Positions 49,015 to 61,493 of a DNA stretch of 64,000 nt are shown piece after piece. The stretch spans positions 115,698-179,697 of the forward strand of contig CAWERV010000009.1 of assembly GCA_963811425.1 (NCBI GenBank). The letters are read 5' to 3'. The notes beneath the pieces are model-generated. The model ran no database searches and had not been told where the DNA came from. It was given only the letters and a program-made list of their open reading frames with translations. The position numbers and the translations under genes are program-made. Position 1 is the stretch's first letter; each line of letters opens with the position of its first letter. The DNA comes from an uncultured Acidobacteriota bacterium. Lineage in GTDB: Bacteria; Acidobacteriota; Thermoanaerobaculia; UBA5066; Gp7-AA6.

Positions 49015-51011
49015 CAGTACGTGGGCCCGATGTGGAGCAGGTTGCCTGCCAGGATCAGCCAGCTCATGCCGAGGCAGGCCAGCGCGATCAGCGTCTCGCC
49101 GAGTTTGCTCCAGATCCCGCGGACGCGGCTGCCCCACGCGCGGACGGCGTTGACGAGCGCCACCAGGGTTCCGATGAGCGTCAGCACCGCGAGGCCCTGG
49201 AACAGGTGCAGCCAGGGATCGCTCTTCGGGGTCAGCAGGTTCAGGTCCTCGAGGCCCTTGACGATGAGGATCCCGTACCCGGCGATCATCGTCACCTGAG
49301 CCAGGCACGCCAGGCGAGTCCAGAGGCGAAGCCGCCGCTCCCCGGGCGGCAGATCGAGCCGCCGGCCGTAGTGCCGGCGAACGAGCCCGCCCACGGGCCA
49401 GAGGATCAGCGCGAGCACGACGAAGCAGAGGCTGACGATCGCCACCGGGAGGATCAGCTTCGCGTCGAGGTACGCCGGCGGCCGGAAGAAGTCGAAGAAC
49501 GGATACTCGGTCACCAGCTCCTCGCGCCCGAGCGGATCCTTCTGAAAGACGACCTTCTCCTGGCCGTGCACGACGCGGAAGACGCCGTTGCCGATCGGCT
49601 CGAACGATTTCGGCTTCCCGTTGTAGCCGGTCAGCGCCGAGATCTCGACCGCGCCCTCGTCGGTCGGTGACGGATACACCTTGGTCTGCTCGAGCAGGTA
49701 GAGCAGCCGGAGGAACTTGCTGTCCGAGCGGCGGCTCACCAGGTAGTTGCCCGCGACTTTCCGTGCCTGTTCTTTCGCGTCGGCGACGCGCGGAGCGGCG
49801 GGCGGAGTCCAGGGGAAGTAGCGGTCGAGGAATTGCTCCCACAGGAGCGTGCGTCCGCTCCCTTTGCCGTTGCCGCCGCTGTTGTAGGAAACGAAGAATC
49901 CGACGTTCGCGTCGGGAATCAGGTGCAGATCGCTGTGGAACCAGTTGGTGTCGCCGCCGTGTCCGATGATCCGGTGCCCGTTGCGCGACTCCTCGTAGAA
50001 GCCGAGCGCCATCCCGTCGGTCTGGTCGGACTTGCCGCGCTGGCGCGCGTGCATGAGCTTCGCCGTCTCCGGCGACAGGATCCGCGCGCCTTCGTAGCTC
50101 CCGTCCTGCAGGTGCGCGAGCATGAAGCGCGCCATCGCGTCGGCGGACGCCGACAGCGCGCCGGCCGGCGCCGGGACGACGATCTCGAACGGCTTCGCCT
50201 TCTCCGAGGCGATCTTGTAACCCTTCGACATGTCGGGCTCGAGCGCCGCCGGCAGCGGCTGCTGGAAGCTCGCCTGCTTCATGCCGAGGGGTCCGAGGAT
50301 GAACTCCTCGACGTAGTTCGCGAAGGGCTTGCCGGAGACGCGCTCGACGATGTAGCCGGCCACGGCGGTCGCGTAGTTGGAGTAGGCGGGCGTCGAACCC
50401 GGCGGGAAGATGCGCTGCGGCTGGTGCGTCTTCAAGTGATCGCCCAGCGGCACGAGCATCTTCGGGTCGCCGACGATCAGGTCCTTGGCGTAGTCCTCGT
50501 AGCCCGGGGTATGCGTCATGATGTCGCGCAGCGTGATCGGCTTGCCGAACGCCTCGGGCACCTTGAAGTCGATGTACGTGTTGACGTCCTTGTCGAGGTC
50601 GAGCTTGCCCTGCTCGACCAGCTGCATGACCGCGGTCCAGGTGAAGAGCTTCGAGATCGAGCCGGGCCGGAAGAGCGTCGTCTTCCAGTCGACGGGGACG
50701 CGCTTCTCGACGTCGGCGAAACCGTAGCCCTTGCCGAAGAGGATCTTGCCGTCCTTGACGACGACGACGACGGCCCCCGCGATGTCGGCGGGCCCGAGCT
50801 GGGCGGGGACGAGGCCGTCGAGGAATGCCTCGACGTCCCCGGCCGTCATCGCCGGGGTGGACGAGCTCGCGGCGGCCGGCGGCGGCGCGCTGGACGCCGG
50901 CGCGGGCGAGGGCGGCGCGGCACCCGCGAACCCGGGTGCCAGCAGGGCGAGGACGGCCGCGAGCGCCGCTCTGCCGGCGCGCGCGCGAATCCCTTCAGAA
51001 CGCTTTCTCAT
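49014..51011 (-). CDS. Serine hydrolase (class C beta-lactamase / D-peptidase family) with C-terminal TM anchor
   Basis: Signal peptide, GSISK (SxxK), YSN, HGG, about four hydrophobic C-terminal helices. Confidence 0.9.
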   Translation of the reverse strand: MRKRSEGIRARAGRAALAAVLALLAPGFAGAAPPSPAPASSAPPPAAASSSTPAMTAGDVEAFLDGLVPAQLGPADIAGAVVVVVKDGKILFGKGYGFADVEKRVPVDWKTTLFRPGSISKLFTWTAVMQLVEQGKLDLDKDVNTYIDFKVPEAFGKPITLRDIMTHTPGYEDYAKDLIVGDPKMLVPLGDHLKTHQPQRIFPPGSTPAYSNYATAVAGYIVERVSGKPFANYVEEFILGPLGMKQASFQQPLPAALEPDMSKGYKIASEKAKPFEIVVPAPAGALSASADAMARFMLAHLQDGSYEGARILSPETAKLMHARQRGKSDQTDGMALGFYEESRNGHRIIGHGGDTNWFHSDLHLIPDANVGFFVSYNSGGNGKGSGRTLLWEQFLDRYFPWTPPAAPRVADAKEQARKVAGNYLVSRRSDSKFLRLLYLLEQTKVYPSPTDEGAVEISALTGYNGKPKSFEPIGNGVFRVVHGQEKVVFQKDPLGREELVTEYPFFDFFRPPAYLDAKLILPVAIVSLCFVVLALILWPVGGLVRRHYGRRLDLPPGERRLRLWTRLACLAQVTMIAGYGILIVKGLEDLNLLTPKSDPWLHLFQGLAVLTLIGTLVALVNAVRAWGSRVRGIWSKLGETLIALACLGMSWLILAGNLLHIGPTY

Positions 51012-51058
51012 CGATTCCTACCTCCCGCTCGCCCGCGGACGAGCGCGTTCCGTGAAGT

Positions 51059-53759
51059 CTACAGATCCAGCCTCAGGCCGAACTGGATCTGGCGCGGCCC
51101 GAACGCCCCGGCTGCGGTCCGCGTCGGCTGCGCGAAGTTCGGAGCCGTGAGGTTGCCGACGTAGCCCGTCGGGTTGACGTGGTTGAACAGGTTGAACGCC
51201 TCGACGATCAGCTGCAGGTTCATCCCACCGATCGGGATCTGCTCGGCCACCCGGAGGTTGACCGTCCAGAGGTCCTCGCCACGCTTCGAATTGCGCTCGA
51301 CCCCCGGCGGCCGGTCGTTGGGGCTGAAGGGGTTCACGCCCGAAATGACGTTGTAGGGCGGCGCCGACATGAAGTTCACGGTCCCGCCCAGCATGAGGCC
51401 GAAGGGGCCCTTCCAGTCGGCGCCGACGTTCAGCGTGTTGCGGATGTCGTTCGAGCTCGGGCCGTAGTCCTTGTCGGGGCTGTAGGCGTCGCTGATGAAG
51501 TACTGGTGGCCGTCGGTGTTGTCCTTCGAGGAAGCCAGCGTGTAGGCGAGCTGAACTCCGAGGTTCTGGCCGAAGCGCTTCTGAATCCCGACCTGCGCCG
51601 CGTAGTACTTGGACTTGCCCCCCGTCGTGGGGTCGTAGGCGACACCGACGTTCGGATCGGGCAACGTGGGCACGCCGTCGACGAGGATGGGCTGGTTGGC
51701 GTTGCGAAGGTAGAGGAGGTGATAGCCGCGCGCGTAGACCAGGTCGAGGCTCGCGGCGAGGTCGGGCGCCAGCTCCTGCTGGACGCCGAGGCTCCCGACG
51801 TTCTTGTACGGGGTCGTGTTGTTGCCGTTGAGCACCGAGACGTTCGGCGGCAGCGGGTAGGCCGAGCCACCCGAGCTGGGATCCGGGTAGCCGGGAACGA
51901 GGGTCGCCTGGATGTTGAACCGACCCGGCTCGAAGAGCGGAGGCGATGAGCGGCGCGTTCATCATGACCTGGTCGTAGTAGATGCCGAACCCGCCTCGAA
52001 TCGAGGTCTTTCCCTGACAGGTCGGATCCCAGGCGAAGTGGATGCGAGGACCGAAGTTCTGCCAGTCGTGCTTGGTGTAGATCTGGTCCTCGTAGTCCCA
52101 GCGCAGTCCCACGTTCAGCGTCAGGTTCCGAAGAACCTGCCACTGGTCCTGGACGAACAGGGCGACGATGTTGTTCGAGAGTTTGACGTAGGGATTGCCG
52201 GAGCCCTGGACGTAGACCAGGGGGTGCGTGAGCGGGTCGTCCGGGTTGTAGGGATCGTTGCTGATGAACTGAAAGAAGCCGTCGAAGTACTGCGGCACGT
52301 ACGCGTCGACGTCGATGTGGTTGTAGTCCACGCCGGCCTTGATCGAGTGTTCCCCGTTCGCTGCCGAGCGTGAGACTCACCGAATCCAGGAACTCGTACC
52401 GCTTTTCCTTTGCGGTCTGAGGCTGGTTGGGGAGCTTGCCCGAGAACAGCGAAGGCCGCTGAATCCCCGCGCAGCCCGGGCAATTCGGGATGAAGTCGTT
52501 GGACTGGTCGGAATACTGGAAGCGAGCCTCGTTCAACGCCATCGGCGAGATGATCCAGGAGTGCTGGAGCCCATAGTCGTAGTTCTGGGTGTCGAGCGTG
52601 GAGCCGGCCTGCGAGGTCACGATGGCCCCGCCCCCGGCGTCCAGGCCGACGTCGGAGTTCGTGGTCTTCGGGTTGTCCACGCGGAAGCGGAACGTCAGCG
52701 TCTGGCTGTCGGTGGGGTGAAAGTCGAGCTTGAGCACGGCGCGCGGCTCACGCAGATCCTGCGGGACGGCCGTCTCGACCGGCAGGCCGAGCGCCGCGAG
52801 GGTGGCCGGGCTCACGGCCACGACGGCGGTCGCGTCGCGCCAGGTCTGCTCGAAGGAGGCGAAGTAGAAGAGCTTGTCCTTCGCGATCGGCCCGCCCAGG
52901 AAGGCGCTGGCGATCCACTGGTTGAAGGTCGTCTGCTCCTTCTCGTGGGTCTCGGGATTCGTCTGGGCAAAGGCATCGCTCGCCGCCAGGGCATTGGGAC
53001 GGTAGTAGCCGGAGAGCCGCGCGTGGAGGTCGTTGGCTCCCGAGCGGGTGAGCACGTTGATGATCGCCCCCGAGGCCTGACCGTACTGGGCGTCGTACTG
53101 GCTCGAGAGGACCTCGAACTCGCCGATCGCGTCGGGCGAGTAGTCGCCGCGTGTTCCGCCGCGGATGCCCTCGTCGTTGCTCATGCCGTCGATCAGGTAC
53201 GTGTTGCTGGCCCCGTTGCTTCCCGCGGCCGAGATGGTCGACCCCTCCCCCGTGGAGTTGGTCGTGATCCCGGGCGTCAGGAGGATGAGGTTCTGGAAGT
53301 TGCGCTCCGAGAGCGGCAGCTCGTCGATCTGGCGGGTCGTGATGTTCGCCCCGATCGCGCTCTTGCTCGTGTCGATGATGGGCGCCTCGGCCTGCGACGG
53401 TCACCGTCTCGGCGACCTTCGCGACCTTCAGCCGGAAGTCGAGCGCGGCCCGCTGGCCGATCTGGAGGTTGATGCCCGACCGCACCTCCGTCGCGAAACC
53501 TCCGGCGGTCACGGTCACCTCGTAGCTTCCGACCGGCAGCTCGACCATCCGAAAGAGACCCGCCGCGTCGGTGCGTCACCGACCGCGTCTGGCTCGTCGC
53601 GACGTTCTTCGCCGCGACCGTGGCGCCCGAGAGCGGCCGGCCCGACTCGTCCGACACGCTGCCGTACACCGTGCCACCGACCGTCTGCGCCAGCGCCGCC
53701 GACGCCAGCAGTAACGCGGCTGCCGCCGCGGCCCAGGTTCTCGACGAGAATCGAATCAT
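51059..53759 (-). CDS. TonB-dependent receptor (Oar-like with carboxypeptidase-regulatory-like N-domain), several frameshifts
   Basis: Signal peptide, G.V.D.SG..L.GATV, LPVGSYEVTV, LPLSERNFQNL plug, AQYGQASGAIIN, FVQDQW, LNVGLRWDY, C-terminal PRQIQFGLRLDL. Confidence 0.85.
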
Positions 53760-53824
53760 GAGATCTCCTCCCCCGCCCGGGCGGCCTCGCTGCCGCCGCC
53801 GGGGCGCCACCCAATAATGGGCGG

Positions 53825-53853
53825 AGAATGCATCATTCGTTGCCAGCTGTCAA
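53825..53853 (-). promoter_or_regulatory. Sigma70-type promoter of the TonB receptor block
   Basis: Perfect TTGACA (53853-53848), 17-nt spacer, CATTCT (53830-53825). Confidence 0.6.
53829..53844. promoter_or_regulatory. Palindromic operator candidate (TGCAAC-N4-GTTGCA consensus), receptor-proximal
   Basis: TGCATC-ATTC-GTTGCC, overlapping the spacer and -10. Confidence 0.6.
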
Positions 53854-53921
53854 TACGCTGACGGAAGCTAATAAACGCCGCATTCATGCCAGCCCGGATG
53901 CGCACTGTCGCGAGGGGTCTG

Positions 53922-53937
53922 CGCATCATGTATTGCA
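53922..53937. promoter_or_regulatory. Palindromic operator candidate, receptor-distal
   Basis: CGCATC-ATGT-ATTGCA, 93 bp from the proximal site. Confidence 0.55.
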
Positions 53938-53965
53938 TGGCCGCCCGGTCGGGACGGCGCGGGGC

Positions 53966-54736
53966 TCAGCGCTCGAAGACGTACAGGGCGGTCTCCCGGC
54001 GCGCCACCAGGCCGACGGCCTCGTAACCGCGGTCGAAGAGCGCCTCCGCGGTGCGGCGCAACGTCGCGCGCGCGCGGCGGGCCGCGGCCGGGTCGGCCGC
54101 ATAGAGCGCGGGGCCTCCCGCCGGAATCTCCATCGCGACCCGCCGCGCGGCCGGCAGATGGCGCGGGCTGGCCCGCGGGAGCTCCTCGGCATCGCGGGGC
54201 TCGGGCGCGATTCCCCGCGCGGCCCGTTCGACCTCGGGCCGATCGAGATCCCAGTGCACCTCGAACCGATCGGTCGGCAGCCCGCCATAGAGGCCTCCCG
54301 AGCTCGCCGTACACGTTCGGCAGGAACGTGCGTGGCGCGCGCCCGCAGACGCACGAGGTTCAAGCGCGCGTTGCGCACGAGCAGCGGGTCGTAGGTCCAC
54401 GTGACGCGCCGGATCCCCCGCGCGAGGCACCAGGCTCGCTGAAAGAACTTGAGGCGGACGGAGACGCCGCGGCCCCGGAACTTCGGCCGCACCGCCAGCA
54501 GGTGGGAGTGATGGCAGGGCTTTCCGAGATTGGTCCGCGCCAGTCCGTGGACGAAGCCCACGAGCTTGCCTCCGAGGAAAGGCGCCCGCGGTCATTCCTC
54601 CCACGTGGCCGACCACCTGCAGGTCGAAGGTCGACGGCAACTGCCGGTCTTCGAAGCCCCAGACCTGCCGCGCGACGGTCTGCGCCGCGGCGAACTCCGA
54701 GAGCCCGGAGAGCTCGCGAACGACCAGGCGGCTCAC
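53966..54736 (-). CDS. GNAT N-acyl(succinyl)transferase of the NSAR-associated type (frameshifts near 54580 and 54320)
   Basis: VWGFED, LVGFVHG, HHSHLLAVRP.FRGRGV..RLKFFQR, VTWTYDPL..RNARLNL.RL, GGLPTDRFEVHW; GTGA overlap with M20. Confidence 0.8.
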   Translation of the reverse strand: MSRLVVRELSGLSEFAAAQTVARQVWGFEDRQLPSTFDLQVVGHVGGMTAGAFPRRQARGLRPRTGADQSRKALPSLPPAGGAAEVPGPRRLRPPQVLSASLVPRAGDPARHVDLRPAARAQRALEPRASAGARHARSCRTCTASSGGLYGGLPTDRFEVHWDLDRPEVERAARGIAPEPRDAEELPRASPRHLPAARRVAMEIPAGGPALYAADPAAARRARATLRRTAEALFDRGYEAVGLVARRETALYVFER

Positions 54737-55854
54737 GCGCCCGCCGCCAGCGCCGCGAGCAGCGCCGCCCGCCGGGGCAGATCCGCGAGCGACACGAACT
54801 CTCCGCGCGCGTGGGCATTGCCGCCCATCGGACCGAGCCCGTCGAGCGTCGGGATTCCGGCCGCGGCCGTGAAGTTGCCGTCCGAGGCTCCTCCCACCCG
54901 CGCGGCCCCGAGCTCGAAGCCGAGCTCCGCGGCGACCGCGCGCGCCCGCTCGTAGAGCGCCAGGGAATCCGCCGTCGACTCGAGCGGCGGGCGGTCGACG
55001 CCGCCCTCGATCTCGACGACCACCCGGGAATCCGCGGGCCGGTAGCCGCGAACCGCCCGCTCGACGCGCTGCGCCTCCTCGACCGACCACACGCGGACGT
55101 CGACGGACAGTTCCCCGTATTCCGGAATCACGTTGGTCTTGTCGCCGCTCTTCGCCACCGTCGCGGCCACCGTGGTCTCCCGGGACCGGTCGGCCAGGGA
55201 CTCCAGGAACAGCACGCAGCGCGCGAGCTCCGCCAGCGCCGACGCCCCGCGGTCGGGGTCGAGACCCGCGTGCGCGGCGCGGCCGCGAAATCGGAGCCGG
55301 AGGAGCCCATGGCCCTTGCGCGCGATCTTGGCGGCGCCGTCGAGCGACGGCTCGACGACGAGGACGCTGCGATGGCGGCCCGCCAGCTCGAGCGTGAGCG
55401 CCCGGGAAGCGCCGCTGCCGATCTCCTCGTCCGGGACGAGGAGCAGCGTCGCCTCTCCGGCCCGCTCCTTCGCGAGCTCCGCCATGGCGTCCATGGCGAC
55501 GGCGATGCCCGCCTTCATGTCGAAGACGCCCGGCCCCGAAGCCCGGTCGCCTTCGACCCGGTACGGGAACTCGTCGAGCGTATTCCGGGCCCAGACCGTG
55601 TCGAGGTGCCCGAGGATCAGGACGCCGCCCGCGCCGCTTCCCGCACCGGCGACCAGGGCGTCGCCGCGTCCCGGGCACGGGCGAGTCTCGGCCGCGACAC
55701 CCCGTTCGCGCAGGCGATCGCGGATCCAGAGGGCCAGGGAGGAAACACACGCGGCATCCTCCGACGGGCTCTCCAGGCCGACGAGGGACGCGAGGTCCGC
55801 CGCGAGCCGCTCTCTGCGCCCTTCGAAGCGCGACAGCCAGTCCCGCGGCTTCAT
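54733..55854 (-). CDS. M20 metallopeptidase / desuccinylase (carboxypeptidase G2-like), cytoplasmic
   Basis: GHLDTV, GVFDMKAG, PDEEIGS, VVEP, GGASDGN, GGNAH; no signal peptide. Confidence 0.9.
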   Translation of the reverse strand: MKPRDWLSRFEGRRERLAADLASLVGLESPSEDAACVSSLALWIRDRLRERGVAAETRPCPGRGDALVAGAGSGAGGVLILGHLDTVWARNTLDEFPYRVEGDRASGPGVFDMKAGIAVAMDAMAELAKERAGEATLLLVPDEEIGSGASRALTLELAGRHRSVLVVEPSLDGAAKIARKGHGLLRLRFRGRAAHAGLDPDRGASALAELARCVLFLESLADRSRETTVAATVAKSGDKTNVIPEYGELSVDVRVWSVEEAQRVERAVRGYRPADSRVVVEIEGGVDRPPLESTADSLALYERARAVAAELGFELGAARVGGASDGNFTAAAGIPTLDGLGPMGGNAHARGEFVSLADLPRRAALLAALAAGA

Positions 55855-55855
55855 C

Positions 55856-56767
55856 TCACCGCTTCCGCGTTCCCTTCTCCGTGGGGGCGGCCTCGTCGGC
55901 GGGCGCCTGGGCGTACCAGCGGGACCCGGAGAGGTACTCCTTCTCGGTCTGTCGCAGGAGGGCGAGGGACCGCTTCGGCTTCAGCTGCGCGCACGCCACG
56001 AGGACCGCGTTCAGGACGGCCATCGGCGCGGCGTACGAGCCCGTGAAGGTCGACGCGGAAATCGGGGCCAGCAGATATGCGTCGCAGCAGCGGGCGATCG
56101 GCGTCGTGTCGCTGTCCGTGATGCCGAAGGTCGAGACCCCGCGGGCCTTCGCCTCGTTGGCCGCGTCGATCGTCACCCGGAGACACCGCCCGAAGCTGAT
56201 CGCGACGACCAGGTCGCGCTTGTCGAGCGTTCGCACCTTGTGCTGCAGGTTGCCGGCGCTGCCGACCGGCGCCTCCGCCTGGAAGCCCAGCGCCTCGAGC
56301 CCGTAGGAAAAGAACCACGCGAGCGAGGCCGCGAGGTCCACGCCGACGACCAGGACGGAACGGGCCCGATGGATGCGGCGCGCGAGGTCCACGGCCCGCA
56401 GGGGGTCCAGGCCCGAGCGGACCGCGTCGAGATTGTGGAGGTCCCTCTCGAGGCTGTGCCGCACGTGGTCGGCCACGCTGCGCTTCTCCCGGGCCGTCGC
56501 CTCCAGGATCCGGTACGGCGTCATTCGCTGGATGAAGTGCTCCCGCAGGTCCTTCAGGAAGTCGGCGTACTGGCGATAGCCGAGCGCCTGGATCGTCCGC
56601 ACGATCGTGGCGGGATCGACGCGGTACCGGCGCGCGAGCGCGCGCGAGGAAAGGAAGAAGGTCTCGTCGGGGTTCTCGAGCGCGGCCTGGATGATGCGGC
56701 GACGGCGCGGGTTCAGGCGCGATTGCGCCTCGGCCAGTCGCTGTTCGATCGAGGTGCGTGTCGACAT
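55856..56767 (-). CDS. RpiR/MurR-family transcriptional regulator (HTH + SIS)
   Basis: SSRALA..YRVDPATIVRTIQALGY..Y, SIS domain VVAISFGR, ITDSDTTP. Confidence 0.92.
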   Translation of the reverse strand: MSTRTSIEQRLAEAQSRLNPRRRRIIQAALENPDETFFLSSRALARRYRVDPATIVRTIQALGYRQYADFLKDLREHFIQRMTPYRILEATAREKRSVADHVRHSLERDLHNLDAVRSGLDPLRAVDLARRIHRARSVLVVGVDLAASLAWFFSYGLEALGFQAEAPVGSAGNLQHKVRTLDKRDLVVAISFGRCLRVTIDAANEAKARGVSTFGITDSDTTPIARCCDAYLLAPISASTFTGSYAAPMAVLNAVLVACAQLKPKRSLALLRQTEKEYLSGSRWYAQAPADEAAPTEKGTRKR

Positions 56768-56830
56768 GCGGGTCCCTCCACCAAGACCCCGGCAGGCGCG
56801 GTCGCCCGCTCCCGGGGCCCGGGTAGAATC

Positions 56831-58004
56831 TCACGACACCGAAACCGTCTTCCTCTCGCAGCGTGAATCGCTCGACGGTCTCGGTCTTTGCGGCCACGTA
56901 GTCCCGATCGATCTCGAACCCCAGGCCGACCCCGCGCGGCACCTCCACGGTCCCGTCCGCGCTCACCTCCACCTCCGGCGCGATGATGTCGCGGGCGAAG
57001 TAGCGGCGGCTGGCCGAGATGTCGCCCGGCAGCGTGAAGCCCGGCAGGCTCGCCAGCGCGATGTTGTGCGCGCGCCCGATCCCCGACTCCAGCATGCCGC
57101 CGCACCACACCGGCACGCCGCGCGACCGGCACAGGTCGTGGATCGCGAGGGCCTGCGAGTAGCCGCCGACCCGGCCCACCTTCAGGTTGACGATGTCGCA
57201 ACATCCGCGATCCAGGGCCTGCCGCGCCGCGCGGGCCGAGCCGATGCTCTCGTCGAGGCAGATGGGAGTCGTCAATCCCCGGCGCAGCTCGGCGTGATCC
57301 AGGAGGTCGTCGTGCTCGAGCGGCTGCTCGATCATCAGGAGGTCGAAGGCGTCGAGCTGTTTCAGGTGCGCCCGATCCGCCAGGGTGTAGGCCGCGTTGG
57401 CATCCACGGACAGCAGGATGTCGGGATGGTGACGCCGCACCTCCCGGACGACCTCGACGTCCCATCCCGGCTTGATCTTCAGCTTGATCCTCCGATAGCC
57501 GAGACGAACGAACTTCTCGATGCGTTCGAGCAGCCCGGAAATCTCGGCCTGGATCCCGAGGCTCACGCCGGCCTGCACCCGGGGCTGGACGCCTCCGAGA
57601 AGGCTCGCGATGGATTCACCCCTCGCCCTCGCGATCAGGTCGACGTAGGAGAGCTCCAGGCCGGCGCGGGCCATCGGGTGGCCCCGGAAGGGCGCGAGCC
57701 GATCCGCGAGCTCGGACAGGCCCGAGAGCGGCGCCTGCAGGACCGCGGGCGCGAAGTAGTCGCGCACGACGTGCAGGGCCGTCCCGACCGTTTCGTAGCT
57801 GTAGAGGGGTTCCTCGCCGGCGACGATCTCTCCCCACCCCTCGAGACCCTCCGCCTCCATCTTCACGAGAACGATCAGGCGCGACCGCACCCGGCCGAAG
57901 CTCGTCTCGAAGGGCTCGACGAGATCCAGGCGAAGAAGCCGGAGCTCGATCGCCTCGATCCGGAGGGGCGCGCTCGTCAGCGGCGCCGCGTACGGAGGGC
58001 TCAA
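56831..58004 (-). CDS. menC: o-succinylbenzoate synthase / N-succinylamino-acid racemase (enolase superfamily, NSAR/OSBS type); 1-nt frameshift near the 3' end
   Basis: PFETSFG, KLKIKPG (KxK), DAN, EQPL, LDES, NLKVGRVGG, WCGGMLES, GDISAS. TTG start approximate; probable true end ...RKTVSVS* at 56831. Confidence 0.9.
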
Positions 58005-58064
58005 TCGGACCGTCCGATCGGAGCGCGGCGCCGTTGCCCGCGGGCTCTCCCGTCTTCGACGTCG

Positions 58065-58080
58065 AACAACATTTGTTGCC
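58065..58080. promoter_or_regulatory. Palindromic operator candidate, NSAR-proximal
   Basis: AACAAC-ATTT-GTTGCC immediately downstream of the -10 box. Confidence 0.55.
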
Positions 58081-58082
58081 GC

Positions 58083-58112
58083 AAAGTACCAGAGCGCCGC
58101 GCGAAGCGTCAA
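58083..58112 (-). promoter_or_regulatory. Sigma70-type promoter of the NSAR-RpiR-M20-GNAT block
   Basis: TTGACG (58112-58107), 18-nt spacer, extended -10 TGgTACTTT (hexamer 58088-58083). Confidence 0.6.
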
Positions 58113-58158
58113 GAAGGCACCAGCCATGGGCCAATCCCAACGGGCCCGAAAGGCTCGC

Positions 58159-58174
58159 TGCATCATGTGTTGCA
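58159..58174. promoter_or_regulatory. Palindromic operator candidate, NSAR-distal
   Basis: TGCATC-ATGT-GTTGCA (11/12 to consensus), 94 bp from the proximal site. Confidence 0.6.
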
Positions 58175-58912
58175 ATGAGGCGGTCGGCGCGCCGGTATAG
58201 GCTTTGCGCCAACGTGGCGCTCGCGGCCGGTTCCGTTGATAAAAATGTATATAGGAATAGATAGTATTTATTATTATTAAGAAGAAGAATTATGGTTGAA
58301 GAAATTATATAGTGAAAGTAAAGATGATAATGTGCGATCAGGTGACGAGGAGAGCTCCAGGCCGGCGCGGCCATCGGGTGGCCCCGGAAGGGCGCGAGCC
58401 GATCCGCGAGCTCGGACAGGCCCGAGAGCGGCGCCTGCAGGACCGCGGGCGCGAAGTAGTCGCGCACGACGTGCAGGGCCGTCCCGACTGTTTCGTAGCT
58501 ATATAAGGGTTCCTCGCCGGCGACGATCTCTCCCCACCCCTCGAGACCCTCCGCCTCCATCTTCACGAGAACGATCAGGCGCGACCGCACCCGGCCGAAG
58601 CTCGTCTCGAAGGGCTCGACGAGGTCCAGGCGGAGAAGCCGGAGCTCGATCGCCTCGATCCGGAGGGGCGCGCTCGTCAGCGGCGCCGCGTAGGGAGGGC
58701 TCAATCGGACCGTCCGATCGGAGCGCGGCGCCGTTGCCCGCGGGCTCTCCCGTCTTCGACGTCAAACAACATTTGTTGCCGCAAAGTACCAGAGCGCCGC
58801 GCGAAGCGTCAAGAAGGTACCAGCATGGGCCAATCCCAACGGGCCTGAAAGGCTCGCTGCATCATCTGTTGCAATGAGGCGGTCGGCGCGCCGGTATAGG
58901 CTTTGCGCCAAC

Positions 58913-61489
<2,577 letters not shown>

Positions 61490-61493
<4 letters not shown>

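Noticed and set aside
58235-58333. AT-rich foreign insert, small RNA or CRISPR leader
   Set aside because: Low-complexity sequence at the junction of an error-laden duplication; no repeat-spacer array or cas genes.
57616-58704. 362-aa ORF in the track
   Set aside because: A chimera of the duplicated NSAR 5' end read through junk sequence.
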